A stretch of 64,000 bases of DNA from an uncultured Nitrososphaerota archaeon (GTDB taxonomy: Archaea > Thermoproteota > Nitrososphaeria > Nitrososphaerales > Gagatemarchaeaceae). Both the position numbers and the translations under genes were made by a program. Below are positions 49,614 to 58,354 of this stretch, piece after piece. The DNA lies in the NCBI GenBank assembly GCA_963718895.1, contig CAVRAG010000008.1:1440001-1504000 (forward strand). Direction: 5' to 3'. Each line of letters begins with the position of its first letter. Within the stretch, counting starts at the first letter, position 1. The notes below the pieces were generated by a model. The model saw nothing but the letters and a program-made list of their open reading frames with translations, was not told the DNA's origin and ran no database searches.

Positions 49614-49668
49614 GCCGTGCATGGATTCATTGCGGTTCTGCCGGGGCATCTCACTCACACGTTGGGCT
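49614..49668 (+). repeat. Cassette repeat copy (full length)
   Basis: GCCGTGCATGGATTCATTGCGGTTCTGCCGGGGCATCTCACTCACACGTTGGGCT. Confidence 0.9.
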
Positions 49669-49689
49669 AGTTCGCGTTGCCCACCGCAT

Positions 49690-50097
49690 CTACGGCCTCT
49701 CTTTCCGTAGGATGCCCTTCACGTCGAAGTCGCTGTCGTGTGAGAATATCTCCTTGATCTTGCGTTGTTGCATGACCGTGAGGGTGACCGCGTCTGTGAA
49801 GCTCAGTTGCTCATACTTTCTGTAAGTCGACAACGCCTCCCTAAAGATGACTTCATCGACATACAACACGCTCACCCGGGAAGAGGTCATGATATTCCGT
49901 ATGGCCTCCTCAATGGACCCGGCGCTTCCGCCCCTCATCTTCAGGAGGGTCAGCGTCTCATCCAGGACAAAATCCGTGGTGATGGCTGAAGGGAGCTTGC
50001 CGCTGGCCAGCGCTTCCAAGACTGCAGCCCCGTCCTTGTGAAGAGAGTCGGAAGAGTCGATGCCCGACGCCCAGATGGTCGTGTCCACGAAAATCAA
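49690..50097 (-). CDS. vapC: VapC PIN-domain toxin
   Basis: IFVDTT, VLDETLT, SFTDA, FSHDSDF. Confidence 0.93.
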   Translation of the reverse strand: MIFVDTTIWASGIDSSDSLHKDGAAVLEALASGKLPSAITTDFVLDETLTLLKMRGGSAGSIEEAIRNIMTSSRVSVLYVDEVIFREALSTYRKYEQLSFTDAVTLTVMQQRKIKEIFSHDSDFDVKGILRKERP

Positions 50098-50348
50098 GGA
50101 TGCGCTTCCACCTCTTTGAGGTCGCGGAGCGCACTCCGCCTCTTGTCGGTTCTTATCGAACCGATGACTGCATTTAGAGAGTCTGGTCGCCCGCGAAGCT
50201 CGTTCTCGGAATCCCCATACTTCTGAATGTACAGTTTCAGCGCTTCCTCCCCCTCTGGCGTCAGTTCTATCTTCCCGCGGCGCTTGATTACTGTCTGCTT
50301 GAACTTCTTGAGCAGTTCTTCATCTACCACGAACTTGACCTGGGCCAT
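50094..50348 (-). CDS. Putative RHH antitoxin
   Basis: QVKFVVDEELLKKFK; TTGA overlap with vapC. Confidence 0.8.
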   Translation of the reverse strand: MAQVKFVVDEELLKKFKQTVIKRRGKIELTPEGEEALKLYIQKYGDSENELRGRPDSLNAVIGSIRTDKRRSALRDLKEVEAHP

Positions 50349-50390
50349 CCGTTATCAAGTACCGGGGTACTCCTGTACTATAAAGCATTT

Positions 50391-50426
50391 GCACGGGGTT
50401 CATCGCACCTCCGCCGGGGCATTTCA
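50391..50426 (+). repeat. Cassette repeat copy
   Basis: GCACGGGGTTCATCGCACCTCCGCCGGGGCATTTCA. Confidence 0.9.
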
Positions 50427-50520
50427 AACAACTCAGTGCCGACGGAATTGGATTCGCAGATAGCTACATGAGAAGCGCTCTACGCTGGTCCTTTTTAGTG
50501 GGAGTCACGTCGGAGGGTGT

Positions 50521-50913
50521 ATGTCCGCGTACAAGTTCCCAACCGTCGATGAGATAATCGACGTCAACAGACGAGTGCTGGTAGAGATACCGGTCAAGAG
50601 GGCGGACAGGTATCAGGTCTTGTCTCGCATGAAGTTGCAGCTCATCCTTGATGATGCAAAGAAGACGAACGGGGACGTCTACAATCCCGCGACGGAGCTC
50701 CTGTTCGGAATCGTGAAAGGACATCCTTTTGCAAGTGGCGTTAGGCGGACCGCGGTGACCGTTACGTCAGCATTCTTGAAGTTGAACGGCGCTGGGACGG
50801 AGGTGCCTCACGATCCTGATGTGCTAAAGGGAATCCGTGAGGGTTTTTATAGCAAGATCGAAATCAAAGAATGGCTGAAGGGTCATGGCATCAGAAAGCT
50901 CACAGGTGATTGA
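50521..50913 (+). CDS. Fic/Doc (death-on-curing) family protein
   Basis: HPFASGVRRTA variant of HPFxDGNKR. Confidence 0.85.
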   Translation: MSAYKFPTVDEIIDVNRRVLVEIPVKRADRYQVLSRMKLQLILDDAKKTNGDVYNPATELLFGIVKGHPFASGVRRTAVTVTSAFLKLNGAGTEVPHDPDVLKGIREGFYSKIEIKEWLKGHGIRKLTGD

Positions 50914-51040
50914 TTCCGAGTTCCTTCGCTACTGTGAAGAGTATATAGCGAAGAACCGGGTATTCCTTCAGCGCGTCGGCAGACTCTGAGCTCCGACGTC
51001 TCTCGTTAGCGGCTCGAGGGGAAGGATTCTTCTTGAAGTA

Positions 51041-51063
51041 TGGGGTCCATTGCGTCTCCGCCG
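51041..51063 (+). repeat. Cassette repeat copy (core)
   Basis: TGGGGTCCATTGCGTCTCCGCCG. Confidence 0.75.
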
Positions 51064-51174
51064 TGACCTGAAAGGACTCGCCGCTGATTAGATATTCATC
51101 TTTTTGCAAGCTTGCCTTCGAAGGCCCTCTTACGGTCTTGCGATATGGTTAGGGCCTCCACGGATAGGGACATA

Positions 51175-51714
51175 CTATTCCGGCGGCGCAACTTGCATCA
51201 CGGACTGGTCAAAGGTAGAAAGGAACGTCTGAAAGTCTTGAGGCCCCAGTATCACGTATGTGCCGCTCGTGAGCACCAAGACGAGGTTAGTGTCGTTCCT
51301 GCTGAGGACATCTGCTTTCACCCCGCTGGACAGTGTGAAGTATCCCGAGTGGAAAAGGCCGAGCGCAGACCCATCGGTCCTTGACGCGATGGTTATGTTC
51401 CAGCTGGACAGACTGACCACATAGGCCTTGGATATCTGGCTGGCTGAGACGTTGAGATTGAAGTACGCCGTCGAGACGAGGACAGATCCCTTGCTTACGG
51501 TTATCGAATTCTGATGAGACGGGCTTGTTAGGAAGAAGGCGCCTGCGCCGGCGATTAGCAGGACGATGCCGACCACGAGAATCTTCGTCCTTCTTTTCCT
51601 CGCTACGAGCGAAAAGATAGCGAGAACCGCCCCAACGATGATCAGTACCGCAACTACTCCCAGAACAAGGATGCCAAGGATGACCGGTGCATTGACCGGA
51701 AAGACGGTGACCAA
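51175..51714 (-). CDS. Membrane protein with bacterial PH-like domain
   Basis: 2 TM helices; RTDGSALGLFHSGYFTL. Confidence 0.75.
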   Translation of the reverse strand: MVTVFPVNAPVILGILVLGVVAVLIIVGAVLAIFSLVARKRRTKILVVGIVLLIAGAGAFFLTSPSHQNSITVSKGSVLVSTAYFNLNVSASQISKAYVVSLSSWNITIASRTDGSALGLFHSGYFTLSSGVKADVLSRNDTNLVLVLTSGTYVILGPQDFQTFLSTFDQSVMQVAPPE

Positions 51715-51750
51715 GAGCGCGTCAGGGAACGGAAGATATCCCTTTTAAAA

Positions 51751-51800
51751 GCCATAGAAATTGCGGGTCCCCGCCGAGGCATTTCATCCAGACGTTTGGC
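51751..51800 (+). repeat. Cassette repeat copy (degenerate left, right arm kept)
   Basis: GCCATAGAAATTGCGGGTCCCCGCCGAGGCATTTCATCCAGACGTTTGGC. Confidence 0.8.
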
Positions 51801-51834
51801 GACTGAAATCCAGTGCTGATAATCGAGTATTCTT

Positions 51835-52305
51835 TCAGCCAGGGTTGGCGCTGGTCCTTGACCTCTTCCGAGTCTCACTCCCCTTTTTCTCGGAGATGTC
51901 GTCGATAGCTTCCACCCAATGGACTCTCTTGAACGCTTGATCGTGCGTCGCTATCCTAACAACCCCAGAAGCCTGCATCGTCGCCAAGATCACACACTCT
52001 CGGCTTCCTAGACCTACAGACGCGTGTTCTGTAATCATCCCAAATGCGGCATCAGCAATCCGGCGGTCCAGATCAAAGATTCTGAGAGTGGCGAGGGTTT
52101 GAATCCTCTCCATCAAGTCTGAGAATTCTTGTTTCGGGAGCATCCTCAGATAATGAGCCACTTCGAATAACGTGACGTAATTTGTGGCGATTCCTTCTTT
52201 AATCGCCTTCCGCATGGTCCTGAGAACACGTTCGTGTTCGGGAAGCCTCGAGTCCAACCAGTAGATCCAGTAGTTAGAGTCGACGTATATCAAACTCGGG
52301 CCCAA
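51835..52305 (-). CDS. vapC: VapC PIN-domain toxin
   Basis: IYVDSN, TLFEV, IATHDQAF. Confidence 0.9.
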   Translation of the reverse strand: MGPSLIYVDSNYWIYWLDSRLPEHERVLRTMRKAIKEGIATNYVTLFEVAHYLRMLPKQEFSDLMERIQTLATLRIFDLDRRIADAAFGMITEHASVGLGSRECVILATMQASGVVRIATHDQAFKRVHWVEAIDDISEKKGSETRKRSRTSANPG

Positions 52306-52538
52306 ATCTCCTTTAGCCGCAGCGGGTCGGTCGCCCTCGCCTTGCTCCCTCTCTTCAGGATGCCTTCGGTTTGCTTGATGAAGGCTTCGGGTTCTAGGCT
52401 GGATTTCAACATGATGATGGAACCGCCTCTATCAGCGATGCTAACCCTGACCTTGCTGCCTTCCGCCAGTCCAAGCTCTTTCCGTACCTCGTCAGGAATC
52501 ACTACACGGCCTTTTGAGTCGACGACCGTCTCCGTCAA
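52290..52538 (-). CDS. AbrB/MazE-type antitoxin
   Basis: VDSKGRVVIPDEVRKELGL. Confidence 0.92.
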   Translation of the reverse strand: MTETVVDSKGRVVIPDEVRKELGLAEGSKVRVSIADRGGSIIMLKSSLEPEAFIKQTEGILKRGSKARATDPLRLKEIWARV

Positions 52539-52573
52539 CTGGTTCCCACTTTGATTCCCACTTTCGCTACTTA

Positions 52574-52620
52574 AGGGTTCGTCGCGCCCCCGCCGGGGCA
52601 GTTCATCCACACGTTGGGCT
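52574..52620 (+). repeat. Cassette repeat copy (core + right arm)
   Basis: AGGGTTCGTCGCGCCCCCGCCGGGGCAGTTCATCCACACGTTGGGCT. Confidence 0.92.
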
Positions 52621-52653
52621 ATAGTAAGTCGACGCTAAGAGAGGGCTGTGAGA

Positions 52654-52881
52654 CTAGCCGAGCAGTCTTAGGAATTCGTCTCTCGTCATCCCGGATTGCT
52701 CGATGATGGAGAGCAGCGTTCCTGTTGCGACGGTCTCGTGCCGCGGGACCGTGACCTTGTGCTTCCTCTCCGGCTCGGTCATGTAGATGTGGCTGCCTTT
52801 TTGATGAATCACATAGAAGCCCTTCTTTCCGAGGGCCTTGACAATCCGCCTCCAGCCTAGGCTCGGCAGGCGCTTCGACAA
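52654..52881 (-). CDS. hicA: HicA toxin
   Basis: QKGSH, VTVPRH, GTLLSII. Confidence 0.94.
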   Translation of the reverse strand: MSKRLPSLGWRRIVKALGKKGFYVIHQKGSHIYMTEPERKHKVTVPRHETVATGTLLSIIEQSGMTRDEFLRLLG

Positions 52882-52913
52882 CAGAATCCACGTTCTCTCG
52901 GTCTTGGGTTGGA

Positions 52914-53144
52914 TCAGATTGTGACCTGAAGGACCTCTTTCTTCAGATTCAAGCGAGCTTCTTCTTCAGGGAAGGCTTCCAGAAAACCCTGGATGGCCTC
53001 CCGGATGTTGTGCAGGGCTTCCTTCTTCGTATCTCCTTCGCTAATCGCGCCCGGGAGTTCGACACACCTGACTGAATAGCCATGTCCTTCCTCCTTTTGC
53101 AGGATGACCGTGAATGTGCCCTGCGGAACCTTTGCGGTCTTCAT
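52914..53144 (-). CDS. hicB: HicB antitoxin
   Basis: LPGAISEGDTKKEALHNIREAI. Confidence 0.94.
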   Translation of the reverse strand: MKTAKVPQGTFTVILQKEEGHGYSVRCVELPGAISEGDTKKEALHNIREAIQGFLEAFPEEEARLNLKKEVLQVTI

Positions 53145-53200
53145 TGTAAGTATGGAACCTGACGTTCCTTATTAGCGAATCTATCCTTGATCCCGGAATG

Positions 53201-53246
53201 AGGTTCGTTGCGCCTCCGCCGGGGCATTTCATCCACATGTTGGGCT
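53201..53246 (+). repeat. Cassette repeat copy (core + right arm)
   Basis: AGGTTCGTTGCGCCTCCGCCGGGGCATTTCATCCACATGTTGGGCT. Confidence 0.96.
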
Positions 53247-53323
53247 ATGGGTAAGGCGCCTGCTGAACTAGTCGCCGAGCAGCCCTGACAATCAAGAAAC
53301 CGATGAAGAAGACCGACCTCGGG

Positions 53324-53533
53324 TCAGCGCGAAACAGCTTCGGTCAGCTGCTTTAGGACGCCTTTCTTCTTCGCGGCCCAGACCTCTATCCCTATGACCT
53401 CTCCAGCATTATCCAGCTCGACCATCACGTTGTCCTCGACTTCTTTCACGCTTCCTGCTGGGCCGTCCCTGAAGTGAAAGTAGAGAATGTCGCCTTCTGC
53501 GTCGTAGTCGAGCTTCATTTCCTTTCGACCCAA
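53324..53533 (-). CDS. DUF2283 protein (putative antitoxin)
   Basis: YDAEGDILY...GEVIGIEVW. Confidence 0.9.
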   Translation of the reverse strand: MGRKEMKLDYDAEGDILYFHFRDGPAGSVKEVEDNVMVELDNAGEVIGIEVWAAKKKGVLKQLTEAVSR

Positions 53534-53793
53534 GCTCCTCTTCGAAGTTTCCTACTAATAAGGCTGCTAACGTCTGAAGCGTGATATACTGTGACGACCC
53601 AGTCGTCTGCCGCTTTCGTACTGAAGAAGACCACAAGGTATCTCTCTGCGAATCTCTTTACCGCGATGGTCGTACCAAATTCAATATCCAGGTATCGTGA
53701 TTCTGGAGATTGGATGGTGGCCGCGACCATCCTCTTGCTCACACGCCTGACCCTCATTCTAAAGGTAGCGTGTTCGGTGTACTTGATGGGCAA
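53515..53793 (-). CDS. DUF4258 protein (putative RelE-fold toxin)
   Basis: YTEHATFRMRVR...VVTVY. Confidence 0.85.
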   Translation of the reverse strand: MPIKYTEHATFRMRVRRVSKRMVAATIQSPESRYLDIEFGTTIAVKRFAERYLVVFFSTKAADDWVVTVYHASDVSSLISRKLRRGAWVERK

Positions 53794-53849
53794 GCCGAAA
53801 TGATGTATTTCTTTCGATGATAAAAGCAGCTCTGAAGGACCAGGACGTT

Positions 53850-53881
53850 GCCATGTATAGGGTTCATTGCGCCTCCGCTGG
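53850..53881 (+). repeat. Cassette repeat copy (left arm + core)
   Basis: GCCATGTATAGGGTTCATTGCGCCTCCGCTGG. Confidence 0.95.
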
Positions 53882-53883
53882 AC

Positions 53884-55116
53884 TCACGACCCGACTTCGA
53901 TGACCAGCCAGACGGCCTGCTCGTAGTGGAACTGGCATCCGTGAGAGGTGAGCAGGGCGGGGATGTTCTGGCCACCCGGGAACTCCGTGATACTGCATGG
54001 CTGAGATACCACTATGGAGAGGCCGTACCCGATGTAGTAGCCGAAGTGAGTGAAGTTGGGGTTGGTAAGGACGGACCAGTGGCCGGGAGCCGACTCTTGC
54101 AGGGTGCTCGCGTATTCGAACGGTAGTTGGGTGCCGGGCCACAGTGTCGTCTCGCCGATTTGGAGCGACGAACCCGGGAACGACCTGGCGAAGTCCTGTT
54201 GGAAGCCGTAGTTAGAGACGTTGTAGTTCGCGACCTGAGTGTTGAACCTAGTTTGGGCGAAGGCGTCCAGCGTCTGGTCCTCCACGAGCTTCGGTCCCGT
54301 CCTGTTCGCGTTGACCTCTTGGATGAAGGCGTTTACCCAGTCGGAAGTGAGTCCGCTGGCCGGCCATAGGCCCTGGAAGGATTGCTGGTAGATTATTGGG
54401 TCGGTGTAGATGTCGCCGTCGTAAGAGGTGGTGACCTCTACCCTGTACGAGAGCGATTGACCTGCGGTCAGAGAGTCGTTGTCATTGAAGGCTTCGTTCC
54501 AGACGCTGCAGCTCGAGCCAGGGGCAAGCGTCATCGCGCACCTACCCCCGGTCATGTAGTCGTCCCACACGATTCCTCCCTGGGTCCGGTTGTTGTAATC
54601 TCCCGGGTAGTCGAAGGACGCTAACACGGGAGCGAGCGTCCGCGTCCCTGTGTTCTTTATCGTCGCGGAGAAGTTCACCAATCCCAACGCGTCTCGCGCG
54701 ACAGAGACGTTCTGGATGGCCACTTCGCCCCGTGGGTTCAGGTCAAAAGCCGGGAAGGGGAAGTACTCTGCGCCGGTTATCTTCGCGTCTGTTGTGTAGA
54801 AGATTGCGGAGTTGTTACCCTCGACGATTCTGTAAGACCCGTTGAATGGCTGTATTCCAATCCCGAAGAGCGCGTAGGAGACTGAGGCGCGCCCGGTGAC
54901 GTTAGTTGCTGGGTAGTGATGCGTCAGGTAGCACACCGGTACTCCTCCAACCGTCTGGCCGGTGCATACTGGAGGCCCCTCGTACACGAACGGTATCTGG
55001 AGCGAGAGGTTGTATGGTACGATTGGGAACGCGAAGAGTAAGACCACTGCTATTGCTGCCGAGATTGCAAGAACCCCAGAGGTCCTTCGACGAAACTTCA
55101 TCTCGATGTTGGCCAT
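53884..55116 (-). CDS. Membrane-anchored protein with C-terminal CAP/SCP-like domain
   Basis: N-terminal TM; VNANR...APGHWSVLTNPNFTHFG. Confidence 0.75.
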   Translation of the reverse strand: MANIEMKFRRRTSGVLAISAAIAVVLLFAFPIVPYNLSLQIPFVYEGPPVCTGQTVGGVPVCYLTHHYPATNVTGRASVSYALFGIGIQPFNGSYRIVEGNNSAIFYTTDAKITGAEYFPFPAFDLNPRGEVAIQNVSVARDALGLVNFSATIKNTGTRTLAPVLASFDYPGDYNNRTQGGIVWDDYMTGGRCAMTLAPGSSCSVWNEAFNDNDSLTAGQSLSYRVEVTTSYDGDIYTDPIIYQQSFQGLWPASGLTSDWVNAFIQEVNANRTGPKLVEDQTLDAFAQTRFNTQVANYNVSNYGFQQDFARSFPGSSLQIGETTLWPGTQLPFEYASTLQESAPGHWSVLTNPNFTHFGYYIGYGLSIVVSQPCSITEFPGGQNIPALLTSHGCQFHYEQAVWLVIEVGS

Positions 55117-55256
55117 CTATGGTGTGTCGACAGACCTTGGGGGATCTGCCGGAGTCATATCTCGCGCCGAGCTCAGGCATTATTTACGAGTTTACTTGCT
55201 TCAGTTCCAGAGCCTCTAGGACCTGTCTGATTTGAGATGCCGTAGAGAAAGGCAGT

Positions 55257-55305
55257 GCCATGTATAGGGTTCGTTGCGCCTCCGCCGGGGTACTTTCATT
55301 CGCAC
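55257..55305 (+). repeat. Cassette repeat copy
   Basis: GCCATGTATAGGGTTCGTTGCGCCTCCGCCGGGGTACTTTCATTCGCAC. Confidence 0.93.
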
Positions 55306-55314
55306 GATAGGATT

Positions 55315-55704
55315 CTAGCTAACTACTACTACCTTAAGGCCAACTTTCCTTGCTACTCTAGCCTGCTTCTCATCGCAGGTCACCAACTCCTCCTTGGAAT
55401 GGATTGCAGCGGCGATGAAGAGGGCATCGTATACCGTAATCTGATGGTCGACCGAAATCTGAAATGAATCCCCAATCAAAGCCTCTTGGGTGACAAGCCT
55501 GACCATGGAAGCCACTTTTGATATCATCTGCTTCGCATCTTCGGCAGCGACATCCCCAGCGAGGGTCTTGGTTCTCAGCGCGTTGGCGACCTCCTTCAGG
55601 GCGAGGGGAACCGTAACAGGCCTGGTCAGATGTCTCTCCGCTTCCCTCCAGCCTTCTTCTCTCGAGAGGTACTTGACGAAGACTGACGAATCAATCATGG
55701 GCAT
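55315..55704 (-). CDS. vapC: VapC PIN-domain toxin
   Basis: IDSSVFVKY, EVANAL, TVYDALF, VTCDE. Confidence 0.93.
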   Translation of the reverse strand: MPMIDSSVFVKYLSREEGWREAERHLTRPVTVPLALKEVANALRTKTLAGDVAAEDAKQMISKVASMVRLVTQEALIGDSFQISVDHQITVYDALFIAAAIHSKEELVTCDEKQARVARKVGLKVVVVS

Positions 55705-55921
55705 CCCTGTCTCGTCTGATCAGCTTCGCCGATGACCCCTTGGCGGACGGCCTGACGCCCTTGTGGACTAGTTCGCGGAGCTCCGCGAGCGTGGACGCGG
55801 TCCGAGTCTCCCATGCCAGTTCTTCGAGGTATTCTCTGGTCTTGCCAGCGACGTCTATGCCTGCCTTCTCGAGGGTATCCTTCACCTCTTTTCGCACCCT
55901 GACGCTCACGACCTCGCTCAT
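55691..55921 (-). CDS. VapB-type antitoxin
   Basis: MSEVVSVRVRKE...IRRDRD. Confidence 0.88.
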   Translation of the reverse strand: MSEVVSVRVRKEVKDTLEKAGIDVAGKTREYLEELAWETRTASTLAELRELVHKGVRPSAKGSSAKLIRRDRDAHD

Positions 55922-55975
55922 GTTGTAAACTTGATTGTAAACAACCATATAAACACCACTGTCTCTTGGAGGGCA

Positions 55976-56008
55976 AGGGTTCATTGTATCTCCGCCGGGG
56001 CATTTCAC
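55976..56008 (+). repeat. Cassette repeat copy
   Basis: AGGGTTCATTGTATCTCCGCCGGGGCATTTCAC. Confidence 0.88.
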
Positions 56009-56023
56009 CAAAATGACTTCGGA

Positions 56024-57085
56024 TCATAGATAGTCTCGGTCACCAAGAGACTGGTACGTCTTGGTCTGTGCCATCCGCGGACGCAAGTCGTCTTCGTAAG
56101 GGAACACGACGTACCGCGCGCCCCATCGAATGGTTCGGAAGCCAGCACTCTTGAGGGCTGCAATAGAATTCCCAGTTGTTGAGGCTGAAATGGTCAGATA
56201 GGCTGCGCCTTCTTTGCGTGACCTCTCGATGGCCCAGTCTACGAGCGCTTCGTAGGTCTTCTGCTCGTCGTCTCTGGCGAGGAGCTCGTAAATCCTAGTG
56301 AACTTCGAACCTCTCTTCGTTGCCTCTCCCGTTACGATATAGCCGCAGGTCCGATCCTCCTTCATCAGGCTCATCGCCTGATAATCCCCCCAGCGTGCAT
56401 CGTAGCGCCACTTCAGGTATTTAGCTGTCCGCTCCAGGCCGACATCGAACCCGTCTCGGATGGAAGTCCAGATTGAACCGGCGTCTTCGGCGAATCCTCT
56501 CACGAGCTCAGGACGACTGGACGACCGTTCGTTGGAATGCCGCCGAAGGTTCGCTCCTGAGAGGGCGAGCTCGGTCCTTCGCAGGGTCCTTTGAACCAGA
56601 TTGCTCTGCCGAGATTTCAGGTATGATTCCCGGTCCAACACGAGGTGCATCTCCCCAGCCTCGCCCAGGTCGCGAGCACCCTGCCTGATTGTGAGTGGGT
56701 AGGAGAGGCGGTTGGGAAAGCCGAATGTCAGGCTTATTCCGTTCCTCTTTGCGTCCCGGAGCGAGGAACCCAAGAGTTGGGTGGCGATTCCCTGCTTCCT
56801 GAACCGTGGGTCAGTGGCCAAGTTAAGGCCCTGTGAAGCTACGACCGTCCTCCCGAAGCAGTGCATCGAATACCGAATCCTGCCGTAGTATCCCACTAGG
56901 CCTCCATCACTCCATTCTGCCACCCAAATGTCGCCCTCGGTGCCATGGAATCCGAGGGGCCCGTTCTTGTGCATCCAGGTCCATCTTCCTCTTCCCCCAT
57001 AGCCCGGGAAAGTTTTCGTGAGAAGCGCCACGATCTTCGTGTCATCCTCAGGCTCGTACCTCCTCAGCTTGAAGGATGGTGCCAC
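56024..57085 (-). CDS. Tandem GNAT family acetyltransferase
   Basis: TDPRFRKQGIA, FGFPN, YLKWRY. Confidence 0.88.
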   Translation of the reverse strand: MAPSFKLRRYEPEDDTKIVALLTKTFPGYGGRGRWTWMHKNGPLGFHGTEGDIWVAEWSDGGLVGYYGRIRYSMHCFGRTVVASQGLNLATDPRFRKQGIATQLLGSSLRDAKRNGISLTFGFPNRLSYPLTIRQGARDLGEAGEMHLVLDRESYLKSRQSNLVQRTLRRTELALSGANLRRHSNERSSSRPELVRGFAEDAGSIWTSIRDGFDVGLERTAKYLKWRYDARWGDYQAMSLMKEDRTCGYIVTGEATKRGSKFTRIYELLARDDEQKTYEALVDWAIERSRKEGAAYLTISASTTGNSIAALKSAGFRTIRWGARYVVFPYEDDLRPRMAQTKTYQSLGDRDYL

Positions 57086-57150
57086 GGCTTCTCAATGAAC
57101 GTCCCCTCCATATTAGGAGTGAATCAACCGACTTGTCTCCGTTCCCGTCA

Positions 57151-57183
57151 GTCCTGCAGGGTTCATTGCGCCTCCGCCGGGGA
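57151..57183 (+). repeat. Cassette repeat copy
   Basis: GTCCTGCAGGGTTCATTGCGCCTCCGCCGGGGA. Confidence 0.92.
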
Positions 57184-57201
57184 TGTCAAGTCCTGATCAG
57201 G

Positions 57202-57589
57202 TCATTTAATCATGATTGCTTCGTCCAGACCACGGAAGTGCTCGTCTCCGGTTATGACCTTCATCCCTCTAACTCTAGCCGTTGCCAGGACTACGGAGTC
57301 CACCAATCCCCAACCCCTTACCCGCGACCTTCGTTCAGCGCTGATCTTTCCGGCTATCTCCGCCGTCTCCTCGTCGAGCGGCGCGAGAGCAGAGGTCGCC
57401 TTCAGAAACTTGAGCCTTTCCCTGAAGTCAAGATTCTCTCTGGTGTACTTGTCGGTGAACTCGGCTATGACGATGGTGGGAGTGAAGGCTTCGCCGCTTT
57501 CGATGTAGGTCTTCGCATTCTCTCCCGCTGGGCTTCCGGCGAAGTATTCAATCCAAGAGAATGTATCCAGTATGTAGATAGCCGGTCAC
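57202..57589 (-). CDS. vapC: VapC PIN-domain toxin absent from ORF track (no in-frame canonical start)
   Basis: Manual translation IYILDTFSWIEYF...VIAEF...GLVDSVV...ITGDEHF; GTG at 57589 is 1 nt out of frame. Confidence 0.85.
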
Positions 57590-57786
57590 CTCTGGAATTC
57601 CTCATGCTCATGCTTTGAAAGATGGAGCGGTTTGGACCTGTCGACGCCGAACATGCTCTTGGGTAAGCGCTCTGCCTTCTCTATGAGAGCGTTAATCGTC
57701 TGGTCGAGGCTTTGCGTCCCCTCTTCTTTCATGATCCTCCTCAATCTATCGCGTGTTGACTCCTTGACCGCTATGGTCGTGGTCAT
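57586..57786 (-). CDS. VapB-type antitoxin
   Basis: MTTTIAVKESTRDRL...SMFGVD. Confidence 0.85.
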   Translation of the reverse strand: MTTTIAVKESTRDRLRRIMKEEGTQSLDQTINALIEKAERLPKSMFGVDRSKPLHLSKHEHEEFQR

Positions 57787-57832
57787 ATAGATATGCAATA
57801 TAGACTATAATATATATGCACCACGCTTTCTC

Positions 57833-57888
57833 GCCATGTGTAGGGTTCATTGCGCCTCCGCCGGGGCATTTCATCTGCGCGTTCGGCT
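57833..57888 (+). repeat. Cassette repeat copy (full length)
   Basis: GCCATGTGTAGGGTTCATTGCGCCTCCGCCGGGGCATTTCATCTGCGCGTTCGGCT. Confidence 0.96.
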
Positions 57889-57937
57889 CAGGCGCTGGTG
57901 AGGGAATCCGGCCCACAATTCGGCCATCATTCGCCGC

Positions 57938-58354
57938 TTACTCTTTGTCGAGCAGTTCCTTCCATCCGATGACATCATGCCCAGTGATTGAGCCCGCGAG
58001 CTTTCTATCCTCAGTGGCGAGTGGAAGGTCTAGAGACTCTGCGGCAACGACATAGCAGGCATCGTAGTACGCAATCCCCTTCTTCACGGCCAAGTCCATT
58101 GCTTTGTCATGGTCCAGATCCTCTCCTCGTACTATGGAGGTCCGAGATAGGAGTGCGACGAGAGCATTGTGAGTCGCGTGCGCGTCCTTCTCAGTGATCA
58201 GCTTCAGGAGTCGGGTCTGCTTCCAGATCCCGTTTCCTGCCTCATAGGTCGCCAGGTCCAGCGTCGTAAGGTCTGTGGCCAGGTCTGCCAGCTTTGTAGC
58301 ATTGGCGTGTTTCACGAGGAGAAGAAGCGCGCTTGCGTCCACAAGAGCCTTCAT
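57938..58354 (-). CDS. vapC: VapC PIN-domain toxin
   Basis: LVDASA, YEAGN, YYDACY, LATEDR. Confidence 0.93.
   Translation of the reverse strand: MKALVDASALLLLVKHANATKLADLATDLTTLDLATYEAGNGIWKQTRLLKLITEKDAHATHNALVALLSRTSIVRGEDLDHDKAMDLAVKKGIAYYDACYVVAAESLDLPLATEDRKLAGSITGHDVIGWKELLDKE

Noticed and set aside
53041-53238. ORFs beginning MWMKCPGGGA(T/M)NP, MDEMPRRR or MPCIGFIAPP (also at 46253, 52610, 56011, 61162, 53848, 55255)
   Set aside because: These are translations of the repeat itself; indels among copies break the frames. True starts were reassigned downstream.
57833-57888. Repeat as a functional tRNA gene
   Set aside because: Only a loose resemblance to a tRNA 3' end; no D-arm, anticodon arm or intact T-stem.
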